Shown piece by piece: positions 10,420 to 19,396 of a stretch of DNA of 55,658 nucleotides (position 1 is the first letter of the stretch; each line of letters starts with the position of its first letter). The DNA is from an uncultured Anaerolineae bacterium (GTDB lineage: Bacteria; Chloroflexota; Anaerolineae; SpSt-600): NCBI GenBank assembly GCA_964655275.1, contig CAZZMI010000002.1:1-55658 (forward strand), given 5' to 3'. The notes under the pieces were generated by a model. That model saw only the letters and a program-made list of their open reading frames with translations, was not told the DNA's origin and did not search any database. The translations under genes and the position numbers were made by a program.

Positions 10420-11643
10420 TTGACTATGGAAAGAGAAGAAAAGCGCAGCTTCTCCCTTAACGTCATAAATGGTGCCCTCTTCAATTTCGCCGAGAGGCTT
10501 ATTGATCCCCAACTTGTTCTCACTTGGTTTGTAAGCCAGTTGAGTTCTTCCAACTTCCTTGCTGGACTGGTGGCCCCAATAGGGGATGCCGGTTGGTATC
10601 TCCCTCAGATTTTCGTTTCCGCATATGTCCAGCGGATGGAGAGGAAGATGCCAAGCTATACTTATACGGCTGCCATCCGGCTGGCATCCTGGCTGCTTTT
10701 GGCTCTGGCAGTGCTTTTGATTGATAACCCTACCCTGCTCTTGGCAGCTTTTTTCTTATTGTACCTTTTGGCAAGGCTTGTTTCAGGGATTGCAGGTATA
10801 GCCTTCTTTGAGGTAACAGCTAAGACCATCTCCCCGCAGCGTCTTGGAAGCCTTTTCTCCCTCAGGTTGTTTCTGGGAGGCATGTTAGGCATAAGTGCTG
10901 GCTGGATTGTGAAGGAGATCCTAGACCTCCCAAATTTTCCTTTTCCCAAAAACTTTGCCCTCCTTTTTGGCCTCTATTGCTTGATAACGGCCCCCGCTAT
11001 GGCCGCTTTCATTGCAATAAGAGAACCCCCTGGCAAAGCTAACCCCCACCCCGTTACAATCTCTGAGCAATGGCGAAGGGCGAGAGCTGTCCTCCGAGAG
11101 GATAAAGCTTTCTTTACCTTCATCTTAACCCAGATTGCCCTGGCTCTGGCTGGCGCTTCCATACCATTTTTCACCGTCTACGCTGAGAAAGTGCTGCACG
11201 CTACTCCAGGCATGCTGGGCCTTTACTTAAGTGTGCGAATAGCTGCGCAACTGGTTTCCAACCTCCCTTGGGGATTGATTACCGACAGATTGGGGGAGAG
11301 GTTAACCCTTACCATTTACAGCCTTGGGAACGCTATTACCCTGGCACTCGCTCTGGGGTTAACTTTGTGGCCAAACCCTTATTTCATGGTGCTAATCTTT
11401 TTCCTCAATGGAGCCTTTTTACCCGCTGGGGCGATAATAGGAGTCAGTTATCCCATTAAGCTTTCCCCTGAAGAGGAGCGCCCCCTTTACATCGGCCTTT
11501 ACAACACCATCATGGGTATAGCAGTATTTACTTCAGGTTTCGGGGGAATTGTAGTGGACTTGGGAGGATTTGAGGCCCTGTTTGCCCTCTCCTTCCTCCT
11601 CTCCCTCGCCACTTATTTCTTGGCCCAAAGGCTTCCCCTGTAA
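10420..11643 (+). CDS. MFS transporter
   Basis: 407-aa ORF with about 12 hydrophobic segments. TTG at 10420 or ATG at 10426. Lies 3 nt after the permease gene. Confidence 0.7.
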   Translation: MTMEREEKRSFSLNVINGALFNFAERLIDPQLVLTWFVSQLSSSNFLAGLVAPIGDAGWYLPQIFVSAYVQRMERKMPSYTYTAAIRLASWLLLALAVLLIDNPTLLLAAFFLLYLLARLVSGIAGIAFFEVTAKTISPQRLGSLFSLRLFLGGMLGISAGWIVKEILDLPNFPFPKNFALLFGLYCLITAPAMAAFIAIREPPGKANPHPVTISEQWRRARAVLREDKAFFTFILTQIALALAGASIPFFTVYAEKVLHATPGMLGLYLSVRIAAQLVSNLPWGLITDRLGERLTLTIYSLGNAITLALALGLTLWPNPYFMVLIFFLNGAFLPAGAIIGVSYPIKLSPEEERPLYIGLYNTIMGIAVFTSGFGGIVVDLGGFEALFALSFLLSLATYFLAQRLPL

Positions 11644-12134
11644 ACCTGAACGTAGTTCTTATAATGTTCTGCTGACTCCTTAATGCGTCGGAGGAGCTCT
11701 GGGGTTATTTCCCTCACCACCTTGGCCGGAACTCCCAGGACTAAAGAATTAGGCGGGATGATAGTGCCCTCGGGCACCACCGCTCCCGCCCCTATCAAAG
11801 AGTTCTCCCCAATAACTGCCCCCGTAAGCACAACTGCCCTTATGCCTACAAGCACATTGTTTCCAATTGTGCACCCGTGCAGGATAGCCCCGTGCCCTAC
11901 CGTTACCCCATCCCCAATGAAAGTCGGCTGGCCTATGTCCACATGGACTACAGCTGCATCCTGGATGTTGGTTCCCCGCCCAACCACTATGGGAGCTATA
12001 TCCCCTCGCAACACAGCTCCAAACCAGACGCTGGATTCAGGGCCTATGGTCACATCGCCTATTATGAAAGCGCCAGGGGCTATAAAAGCGGAAGGATCAA
12101 TCTTCTCCGGATGAAATTCCACGTCCATCTTCAT
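11613..12134 (-). CDS. Gamma-carbonic-anhydrase-like left-handed beta-helix (hexapeptide repeat) protein
   Basis: 173-aa ORF. Repeated [LIV]-G-x4 hexapeptides. The 'VGHGAILHGC' region is typical of YrdA/PaaY-like proteins. Confidence 0.8.
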   Translation of the reverse strand: MKMDVEFHPEKIDPSAFIAPGAFIIGDVTIGPESSVWFGAVLRGDIAPIVVGRGTNIQDAAVVHVDIGQPTFIGDGVTVGHGAILHGCTIGNNVLVGIRAVVLTGAVIGENSLIGAGAVVPEGTIIPPNSLVLGVPAKVVREITPELLRRIKESAEHYKNYVQVYRGSLWAKK

Positions 12135-13048
12135 TTCCCCCCGCAGAGGATGGAAAAAGTAACTAACTCAATCCCTAACTCTTCAACCTTGCGGCGTACC
12201 TGAGGGTGGCATAAAAGTTCAAGCTCTTTTTCCCTGGGGAAAGCATAAGCGCTGGAGGAAAGAAGCTCTTCATCCACATAAGCGGGGTGACACATGAGCT
12301 CCGTAACTCCTTCCCCAACGCTTTCCAGGATGCTCAGGAGGTTTTCCAGGGTAACTGCTTCTTCCCCGAAAAAAGAGCCAATGAAGCGATCGGGAGAGGG
12401 GACAGAACTGGCAAGTTTACGGTCAGCCTCCAGGATGGCCAGAGCTATTTCCTGGGGCAAATCTTTCAGCGAAGAAGGCAAAGTTTTGAGGATGAAGGCT
12501 GTTTCCTGGGGATCACGAGGAAGTGGATTGCGAATGGGCAACCCGGTTTCTCTGGCCACCTCCACGTAAACGGCAAAGAAGTGGGGATGAACATGAACGA
12601 AATGATGGCAATCCAGGTGATCAGGTTCCCGGCCCACAAGGGTCCGGAATCTCTCTATCTGGGCTTTGAACTCCGCTTTGAGCTCATCAGGGGAAATTTC
12701 TTCGGCTTTCATTAGAAGGACTTCCTGGGGGAAGAAAAACCCCCTGGAATCCACCAAGGTTGGGACTTTTTCCGGAGGGAGCACAGGTTTTCCCGCGGAG
12801 AAGACCAGATGCACTCCCGCTCCTAAGGAAGAAGTCTCCCTAAGGATTGAAGCCCCCTCTTCGGCAAAGGGCTGATTCACCATGAAAGAGGTGCTTGTGA
12901 CAATTCCTTCTTTATGGGCCTTGAGGATTCCTCTGTTTACCCCCTGGCTTCGTCCAAAGTCGTCAGCATTTACGATAAGGTAACGAGCCATGGCTTCTAT
13001 CCCACCACTTTTTGTGGGGATTATAATCGCTTCCGGAAATAAGGGCAA
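12131..13048 (-). CDS. ChbG/HpnK (YdjC) family carbohydrate deacetylase
   Basis: 'YLIVNADDFGRSQGVNRGILKAHKEGIVTSTS' N-terminal motif. The true start may be the internal ATG at 12991 ('MARYLIVNADDFG'). Confidence 0.75.
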   Translation of the reverse strand: MPLFPEAIIIPTKSGGIEAMARYLIVNADDFGRSQGVNRGILKAHKEGIVTSTSFMVNQPFAEEGASILRETSSLGAGVHLVFSAGKPVLPPEKVPTLVDSRGFFFPQEVLLMKAEEISPDELKAEFKAQIERFRTLVGREPDHLDCHHFVHVHPHFFAVYVEVARETGLPIRNPLPRDPQETAFILKTLPSSLKDLPQEIALAILEADRKLASSVPSPDRFIGSFFGEEAVTLENLLSILESVGEGVTELMCHPAYVDEELLSSSAYAFPREKELELLCHPQVRRKVEELGIELVTFSILCGGK

Positions 13049-13051
13049 ACC

Positions 13052-13297
13052 TTATGGGCTAAATTTCTTCCCGGTGGATTTTATAGAGGACCCAGTATTG
13101 CCTTCCGGGGCCACGGTGGAAATAAAATCCCTGTGCCTACGGCGCCACCAGGGTTTTTTCAAATCTAAAAAGCGATAAACTCCTTCAACTTCCACAATTC
13201 TGTATTCTTTCCCACGCCAGAAAATCTTCGCGGGGAGGCCAGGCATATCGGAAAATTCAACCTCAATTTCTTCGCTTATGAATTCTGGAAGGCCCAT
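13052..13297 (-). CDS. Hypothetical small protein (81 aa) abutting the ruvB stop
   Basis: Its ATG lies immediately after the ruvB stop codon with a 0-nt gap. Contains 'FWRGKEYRIVEVEG...KKPWWRRRHRD'. No assignable family. Confidence 0.45.
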   Translation of the reverse strand: MGLPEFISEEIEVEFSDMPGLPAKIFWRGKEYRIVEVEGVYRFLDLKKPWWRRRHRDFISTVAPEGNTGSSIKSTGKKFSP

Positions 13298-14320
13298 TCA
13301 GAAAAGCCGTGGCTGTGCAGCATCCCCGGGATAAGGTATCCCCAGGTGTTCGTAAGCTCTGCGGGTTACGACTCGGCCACGGGGGGTTCTCTCCAGGAAC
13401 CCTATGCGCATAAGGTAGGGCTCCACCACATCGGCAATTGTATCAGGCTCTTCACCTACAGCAGCAGCAATAGCCTCAGCTCCCACCGGCCCACCATCAA
13501 ATTTATCAATTATGGTCAGGAGAATTTTCCGATCCAATGCATCAAGCCCTATCTCATCCACTTCCAGCAGGTTCAAAGCCTCCTTAGCCACTTCCCTGGT
13601 TATTTTCCCATCGGCTCTGACCTGGGCATAATCCCGGACACGGCGCAGAAGCCTATTAGCTACTCTCGGTGTTCCCCTTGATCGGCGCGCTATCTCTTCT
13701 ACTCCGCCTTCGTCTATCTCCACCCCCAGAAGCCTGGCCGAGCGAAGGACTATCTGCCGCATGGCTTCCAAGCTGTAAAAATCAAGTCTGTAGACCAGGC
13801 CAAAGCGAGAACGCAGGGGTGAGGTCATCAGAGCCAGCCTTGTAGTAGCCCCAATAACGGTAAAGCGAGGCAAAGGCAAGCGGATGGTCCTGGCGGCAGG
13901 CCCTTTGCCTATTACAATGTCAAGGCAAAATTCCTCCATGGCCGGATAAAGCAGTTCTTCTACCGGCCTCGCCAGGCGATGAACTTCATCTATGAAAAGA
14001 ACATCACCCCTTTTGAGGTTGGATAAGATAGAAGCCAGGTCTCCAGTGCGCTCAATGGCTGGACCTGCCGTTATGTGTATATCGGCCCCCATCTCATGGG
14101 CTATAACATGGGCCAGAGTGGTTTTACCAAGGCCTGGAGGGCCATAAAGAAGGACATGGTCCAGGGGCTCACCACGCTCCCTGGCCGCCTCAATAGCTAT
14201 CCGGAGACTCTCCTTAATCTGCTCCTGACCTATATACTCATCAAGGGTTCGGGGCCGAAGAGAGACCTCTACTCTCGTCTCATCACCTCTGGCCTTGGGT
14301 GAAACAATCCTCTCTTCCAT
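13298..14320 (-). CDS. ruvB: Holliday junction branch migration DNA helicase RuvB
   Basis: 340-aa ORF. Walker A 'GPPGLGKTT', Walker B 'LFIDEVHRL', and a conserved C-terminal winged-helix region. Confidence 0.95.
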   Translation of the reverse strand: MEERIVSPKARGDETRVEVSLRPRTLDEYIGQEQIKESLRIAIEAARERGEPLDHVLLYGPPGLGKTTLAHVIAHEMGADIHITAGPAIERTGDLASILSNLKRGDVLFIDEVHRLARPVEELLYPAMEEFCLDIVIGKGPAARTIRLPLPRFTVIGATTRLALMTSPLRSRFGLVYRLDFYSLEAMRQIVLRSARLLGVEIDEGGVEEIARRSRGTPRVANRLLRRVRDYAQVRADGKITREVAKEALNLLEVDEIGLDALDRKILLTIIDKFDGGPVGAEAIAAAVGEEPDTIADVVEPYLMRIGFLERTPRGRVVTRRAYEHLGIPYPGDAAQPRLF

Positions 14321-14339
14321 ATTTTAGCCTCCGGGTTAA

Positions 14340-14369
14340 ATTATACCTTATTGCAAGCAATGGAGGCAA
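14340..14369 (-). promoter_or_regulatory. Sigma70-type promoter for the ruvB operon
   Basis: Read on the minus strand: TTGCCT (14364-14369), 18-nt spacer, TATAAT (14340-14345), then GGAGG and the ATG at 14320. Confidence 0.45.
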
Positions 14370-14410
14370 AGGCCCGCCTTGCGGGCTATGGTACACCAGG
14401 ATGCGAAGTT

Positions 14411-14439
14411 TTGCCCTGTATTTTCACCTGTGGTATTAT
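14411..14439 (+). promoter_or_regulatory. Sigma70-type promoter for the MFS gene
   Basis: TTGCCC (14411-14416), 17-nt spacer, TGg-extended TATTAT (14434-14439), 18 nt before the ATG at 14458. Confidence 0.45.
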
Positions 14440-14457
14440 TAGGCGGGAGAACCAGGC

Positions 14458-15702
14458 ATGATTGAAGCTTATTCTCTCCTCAAAAATCGTTCTTTTATAC
14501 GACTTTTGCTTGCTCAATTCCTCTCCCTATCATCTGTCTATGCCCTCAACCTGAGCACGGTGGTCCTGGTGGAGCTTGAAACTCGCTCCAGCTTCCAGAC
14601 AGGAGTGGTCATCCTGACAATAACCGTGCCCGGGACAGTGGCCAGTCTGGTGGCAGGCCCACTGGTGGACAGGTTTAACCATCGGGCGACTTTAATGCTT
14701 TCTTATTTGTTCAAAGGGGTTGTAGCTGGTTTATTTTTCCTGGCCCTGCGCTCTCTGGAGGGGTTTCCCCTATTGCTTTCCGCTTACCTTACCAACGTTT
14801 TCCTTTCGGTTTTAAACCAGTTTACTTCCCCTACAGAAGCGACAATACTCCCCTCCATTGTCAGACGGGAGCACCTGATCCGGGCTAACTCAGTCTTCCA
14901 AATAAGTTCCGTAATGGCCCAGGGGGTCGGAGCATTACTTGTAGGGCCAATCCTGGTGAGATTTATCGGCCTTAAAAATATCCCCCTGATAGCCTTTCTG
15001 TTCTCATTAATGGCCACCCTTAACGCCTTCTTCTTGCCCGGAAGAAGCTGGAGGACCGCTGTAGCTAAGGAAATAAATTTCTGGGAGGAATTACGTCACG
15101 GGTGGGAGTGGATCGCTAAAGACAGGTTGACCAGAACCACAGTATTTCAGCTGAGCCTTGCCACCCTCATAATGCTTTCCCTTTCCACCCTCCTGCCCGG
15201 CTTTGTCTATAGAACGATGGAATGGGATGCATCACGGTTTCCCCTTATAGTTATCCCAATCGGAGCAGGTTTTCTGATAGGGTTATTGCTTCTGAACTAC
15301 TGCTCCAGGCTTCTGGTTTATGAAGATTGGATTTGTTACGGTTTTGTAAGTCTTGGCGCCTCTATTGCCGCCATAGCCCTGTTTGGGAAAAAGTTTCCGG
15401 GTCTTCTGAGCCTTTCAGCCACAGCCTGTGGGGCAGGACTGGCCCTGGTGTTCATACCGGCTAAAACTCTTTTACAGGAGAGACCGCCCGCTTGCCTGAG
15501 GGGGAGGGTTTTCTCCACTCAGTATCTGGTGGTAAATGCCTCGTCAGTGGGTATTACCCTTTTCAGCGGCAGCATGGCTGACCTTCTGGGGATAAAAACG
15601 GCAATGTTTCTGCTGGGGCTGGCGGCCATAGGAGGGGGAATAATCAGGGGGAAAGGCTCAAGAGGAAAGCCACAAGGGCCAGAAGCAAAGCCAGAAGAAT
15701 AA
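14458..15702 (+). CDS. MFS transporter
   Basis: 414-aa ORF with about 12 TM segments. Its 3' end overlaps the convergent kinase gene by 59 nt. Confidence 0.7.
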   Translation: MIEAYSLLKNRSFIRLLLAQFLSLSSVYALNLSTVVLVELETRSSFQTGVVILTITVPGTVASLVAGPLVDRFNHRATLMLSYLFKGVVAGLFFLALRSLEGFPLLLSAYLTNVFLSVLNQFTSPTEATILPSIVRREHLIRANSVFQISSVMAQGVGALLVGPILVRFIGLKNIPLIAFLFSLMATLNAFFLPGRSWRTAVAKEINFWEELRHGWEWIAKDRLTRTTVFQLSLATLIMLSLSTLLPGFVYRTMEWDASRFPLIVIPIGAGFLIGLLLLNYCSRLLVYEDWICYGFVSLGASIAAIALFGKKFPGLLSLSATACGAGLALVFIPAKTLLQERPPACLRGRVFSTQYLVVNASSVGITLFSGSMADLLGIKTAMFLLGLAAIGGGIIRGKGSRGKPQGPEAKPEE

Positions 15703-16618
15703 AAGGCCAGTTGGCGATCAGAGCTTTGACCAATCCTTCCTCGCGCTTCACCTCATAGGGGCCCAGAAGCGCTGAAGCAAAAGTCCGCACATCAGGCGGG
15801 CGATTATCGGGATGGAGTTCCAGAGCCCATAGGATAGCTTTTTCCACTCGGGGGGAAATTTCAGGGTTTATCTTGCGGGGAGGGATAAGAGAACCCGGCT
15901 TCAGGAAGCGAGTTTTAGCATCAGGAGGTGCCTGGCCTGTAAGCAAATGGTAAAGGGTTGCGCCCAGAGAGTAAATGTCCGAACGCGTATCCGTAGTGCC
16001 CGATTCCCCCGCATATTGTTCAAGAGGAGTATAGGGGAGAGTTCCTCTGCCCTCCAGCACTGTTACTGTCCTTTCTTCATCGGAATAAAGGAGCTTAACG
16101 AGGCCAAAATCCACCAGCTTTACTGTACCGGCAGGAGTGAGCTTCACGTTGGAGGGTTTTATATCCCGATGGAGGATTGGAGGGCTCTGGCTGTGGAGGT
16201 ATTCTACGGCGGAGCAAAGTTGCTCCGCCCATTTGAGGACTATTTCCTCTTCCAGAAACTTGCCTGCCGCTCGCGCTTCGTTTACAATGGTTCTAAGGTC
16301 TTTGCCAGGTACGAAATCCATAACGAGGTACTCCCTTTCACCTTCAGTGAAGTAATCGGATACTTTGGGGAGGTTGGGGTGGTCAAGGCGGGCCAAAACG
16401 CTGGCTTCCTGATAAAATTGCTTCCTCAATTCTTCTATAGCTTTCGGGTCCTGAGCCAGGTTAGGGATTATTTCTTTAATGGCACAAAAACGGCCTTTAA
16501 GGAGGAGGTCTTCGGCCTTGTAGACCGAGCCCATCCCTCCCCTTCCAACCAGTTCAAGGATTTTGTAGCGAGAGCGTAATATGGTTCCCGGGGTAAGGGG
16601 TTTGGCCAGCTCTAACAT
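15644..16618 (-). CDS. Hanks-type Ser/Thr protein kinase with a single C-terminal TM anchor
   Basis: '[11 protein letters not shown]', 'CAIKE', 'HRDIKPSN' and 'VDFG' motifs. The last 21 aa, '[21 protein letters not shown]', are hydrophobic, and there is no extracytoplasmic domain. Confidence 0.9.
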   Translation of the reverse strand: MLELAKPLTPGTILRSRYKILELVGRGGMGSVYKAEDLLLKGRFCAIKEIIPNLAQDPKAIEELRKQFYQEASVLARLDHPNLPKVSDYFTEGEREYLVMDFVPGKDLRTIVNEARAAGKFLEEEIVLKWAEQLCSAVEYLHSQSPPILHRDIKPSNVKLTPAGTVKLVDFGLVKLLYSDEERTVTVLEGRGTLPYTPLEQYAGESGTTDTRSDIYSLGATLYHLLTGQAPPDAKTRFLKPGSLIPPRKINPEISPRVEKAILWALELHPDNRPPDVRTFASALLGPYEVKREEGLVKALIANWPFILLALLLALVAFLLSLSP

Positions 16619-17273
16619 CTCTGGAAATTATGAACCTCCTTCCTATTGGGAAGGGCCAATTTTAATTTTAACCGAAGGGCCAGAGCGAGGGAAGCGCTGG
16701 GAACTTAAACAGGAAACAATAACTATAGGGCGCCACGCTTCCTGCGATATAGTCCTTCTGGATCGTCGGGTCTCACGCTTCCATGCCCGCATTACCCGCC
16801 AGGGCAAAAATTTTGTCCTGGAAGACTTGGGAAGCAAAAACGGCACATTTGTTAACGGCATTTCCGTATCCGCTCCTGTCCCTCTGAAAGATGGCGATGA
16901 AATAGCTATTGCCTTTGCCTTTAAGTTTCTTTTCGTAGATACTGAAGCCACTGCTCCCGTTGCCCCCGAAAGTGAACCACTATTAAAGCTGGATAAAGCC
17001 TCCCGAAAAGTATGGGTTAAGGGTAAAGAGCTTATTCCCCCTCTCTCCCCGCTTCAATTCCGCTTGCTGGAATTGCTCTACGATGCTTCAGGCTATATAG
17101 TCACCAGGGAAGAAATAGCGCAGGCTCTCTGGCCAGAAGCCAAAGGTGGTGTGACTGATCAGGCCATAGATGCTCTCATCCACAGACTCAGGGAACGTCT
17201 TGCTTCCCTTGAACCCAATGTAAACTTCGTTGAGACAGTGAGGGGACACGGCTTCCGGCTCCTTATTCCCTGA
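16581..17273 (+). CDS. FHA domain fused to an OmpR/PhoB-type winged-helix DNA-binding domain (no receiver domain)
   Basis: FHA: '[25 protein letters not shown]...[11 protein letters not shown]'. C-terminus: '[13 protein letters not shown]...VTREEI...IHRLRERL...[11 protein letters not shown]'. Confidence 0.85.
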   Translation: MVPGVRGLASSNISGNYEPPSYWEGPILILTEGPERGKRWELKQETITIGRHASCDIVLLDRRVSRFHARITRQGKNFVLEDLGSKNGTFVNGISVSAPVPLKDGDEIAIAFAFKFLFVDTEATAPVAPESEPLLKLDKASRKVWVKGKELIPPLSPLQFRLLELLYDASGYIVTREEIAQALWPEAKGGVTDQAIDALIHRLRERLASLEPNVNFVETVRGHGFRLLIP

Positions 17274-17502
17274 AAAATTCCACCACCTCTTCCTCGGCCG
17301 ATGGCAAAACCTCTATAGCGCTTATCCTGTGCCACGGGAATATAACTATATCCACATTAGCATCAACGTATTCCACAGGTTTCCCATCCTTCCGGCGAAC
17401 CCCTGTACAGATGACGCAGTTATCCGATGGGCTGGGCAACTTTTCCATTTCTGCCACTATGGGCTCCTCGCCTACCAGGTGAATTACCACCGTATAAGCC
17501 AT
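17263..17502 (-). CDS. Hypothetical protein (79 aa), last gene of the kinase/VWA/FHA operon
   Basis: Starts 6 nt after the upstream FHA gene. No recognisable motif. Confidence 0.5.
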   Translation of the reverse strand: MAYTVVIHLVGEEPIVAEMEKLPSPSDNCVICTGVRRKDGKPVEYVDANVDIVIFPWHRISAIEVLPSAEEEVVEFFRE

Positions 17503-17507
17503 GGCTC

Positions 17508-17930
17508 TTACTCCTCCAGGAAAATTTTCAGAATTTCACCTCCCAAACGAAGTTCATCCCCCGAAGTGATGGGTTCCGGAACAAAAGGCAAAAGGCGCCT
17601 GTTGTTTATGAAAGAGCCGTTAGAGCTGCCCAGATCCTCAGCATAGAGCTTGTTACCCTGGCAGAACAGACGAAGGTGTTTCCTGGATATTCCTTTCTCA
17701 AGCCCACCCTTATCGGACAAATCCAGGTGAGGCTTGAAGCCAGAAATAGGATCTACCCTGCCAATGATTGCTTCATTTTCCACCAGCAATTTGACCTCCC
17801 ATCCCTCAGTTAAAGAGACTAACCTGACTGTAAACTTATCCCTGTTTCCCCACAGAAGGGGTTCACCGCACTCTTCGCAGAAAAGGGTGTTGGGCAAATT
17901 TTCCACTCCACAAACAGGACAGCGAATCAT
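17508..17930 (-). CDS. Zinc-ribbon + FHA domain protein
   Basis: N-terminal 'CPVCGVEN...FCEECGEPL' (CxxC...CxxC). FHA: 'IIGRVDP...ISRKHLRL...LGSSNGSFINN'. 4-nt overlap with the upstream gene. Confidence 0.85.
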   Translation of the reverse strand: MIRCPVCGVENLPNTLFCEECGEPLLWGNRDKFTVRLVSLTEGWEVKLLVENEAIIGRVDPISGFKPHLDLSDKGGLEKGISRKHLRLFCQGNKLYAEDLGSSNGSFINNRRLLPFVPEPITSGDELRLGGEILKIFLEE

Positions 17931-19381
17931 CCTTCCTCCGGAGGCTTCAGGGCCAATAGCCTTGTCCCATAATAAAGCCTCTTGCGTCCCTCGGGTGAAA
18001 GATTGCCCATTTCAGGAAGCATTATAGCTTCTTTCCGGGCTAAAAGCGCCAATTCCTTTTCACCCATTTTTTCTAAATGTCTGGCCAGAAGAAGAAGCCT
18101 GCCACTGGCCTTAGCTGTTTTCCCCTGGTTTATATCCTCCCAGGCCTTTTCCCTTAATTTGAAAATAGCCACTCGCTCGGCTGCGGTGACAACTTCGTGC
18201 GGTACGAGCTGTTCGCCGGGTCCCTCCAGAATAGCCAGAGAGATTTCTCCTCGGGCCAGAAATTCCCCTTTTATATCTCCAAATTCCCACTTAATGGCGA
18301 AGTATTCTCCAACCGTAAGGGGAGGAACAACAAGCTCCGCTAAAAGGCGGATTGAGCCATTGAGGGGTCCGAGGAAAAAGGTACCTCCATCAACTGCAAT
18401 TCTCCCCACCTGAGGATCCAGCCTGAACAAACCTTTAAGCTTTACCCCTTCCATTGTCTCAATTTTCCCATGGAAAGAAGAAACAGACCTGGTCAAGGTT
18501 TCCACTATTTCCTGAAAAGTCTTCGGAAGCTCCCTCGGGCCAGGTATATAAATGTTCATCCCACCATTTGCCTGAGCTATAGCCTCTAAGAGCTCTTCGT
18601 TCCAGGTGGCCCCTAAGCCAGCAACTGTCATGGATATGCCCCTGGCTTTTGCCTCCTTGGCCAGCCTTATGCACTCTTCTTCGTCACCGTAAGTGTTGCC
18701 ATCGGTCAGTAAAATCATATGGTTTATGTAATCTTTTAAGTTTCCGGCCTTGGATAATTCTGAAAGGCCAGCGAAAATTCCATGGGACATCTCCGTCCCG
18801 CCCTCGGCTTTCATCCTCCGCAAAAGGCCCAGGGCTTTTTTGCAGTCCTGCCAGCGAGAAGAGGGCAAAATGACAGCGGCTCTATCATTGAAGCTCACTA
18901 TCGCAAAGAGATCCTCTTCCTTCAAACTTCTGAGGATCAGTTCAGAAGCTTTAATGGCACTTTCCAGCTTTGGCCCTTTCATGGATGTGCTTGTGTCTAT
19001 GACCAGGCAAAGGTTAAGGGGTCTTGGGGGTATGGCATGATCTCTTTCAGCATGGAGGGTAAAGAGTACATACCAGGCCTGGGGTTCGTTCAGAGAAGGC
19101 AGGGCTCTATGGCTCGGCAGGACATCGGCCCAGAAAGCTCTCTCAGGATAAAGGCCCCGAGCCCTGAGCCAATCGTCATAAATTTTACGGCGTTCGGGGT
19201 CCCTCAGAACTTCATAAGCTTCCTGAAGCTGACGGAACAGAAAAGCGGTCTTAAAAGCTCTGTAAACGTCAGGATGGTAACCCTTTACCAGGCGCCTGTA
19301 AGACTTTTCTATTTCCTCCGTTGAAGCAAAGGGCGAGACCTCTAATATCTGATAATAATCTGGCCTGAAATTCTCTTCCAC
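17927..19381 (-). CDS. J-domain (DnaJ-like) + von Willebrand factor A domain protein
   Basis: J domain: 'DYYQILEVSPFASTEEIEKSYRRLVKGYHPD' with HPD. VWA MIDAS: 'LVIDTSTSM' (DxSxS) and 'LLTDG'. About 180 aa of unassigned C-terminus. Confidence 0.8.
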   Translation of the reverse strand: MEENFRPDYYQILEVSPFASTEEIEKSYRRLVKGYHPDVYRAFKTAFLFRQLQEAYEVLRDPERRKIYDDWLRARGLYPERAFWADVLPSHRALPSLNEPQAWYVLFTLHAERDHAIPPRPLNLCLVIDTSTSMKGPKLESAIKASELILRSLKEEDLFAIVSFNDRAAVILPSSRWQDCKKALGLLRRMKAEGGTEMSHGIFAGLSELSKAGNLKDYINHMILLTDGNTYGDEEECIRLAKEAKARGISMTVAGLGATWNEELLEAIAQANGGMNIYIPGPRELPKTFQEIVETLTRSVSSFHGKIETMEGVKLKGLFRLDPQVGRIAVDGGTFFLGPLNGSIRLLAELVVPPLTVGEYFAIKWEFGDIKGEFLARGEISLAILEGPGEQLVPHEVVTAAERVAIFKLREKAWEDINQGKTAKASGRLLLLARHLEKMGEKELALLARKEAIMLPEMGNLSPEGRKRLYYGTRLLALKPPEEG

Positions 19382-19396
19382 CGCTTTCTCTCCCGG

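Noticed and set aside
13049-13140. A possible frameshift in the 81-aa ORF. An alternative frame after 'WWRRRH' reads 'QGFYFHRGPGRQYWVLYKIHREEI*'.
   Set aside because: Both C-terminal readings are plausible by eye, and I cannot tie either to a family without a database search.
14372-14386. The GC hairpin GCCCGC-CTT-GCGGGC as a terminator.
   Set aside because: There is no flanking T tract on either strand, and it lies between two divergent promoters, so no transcript should end there.
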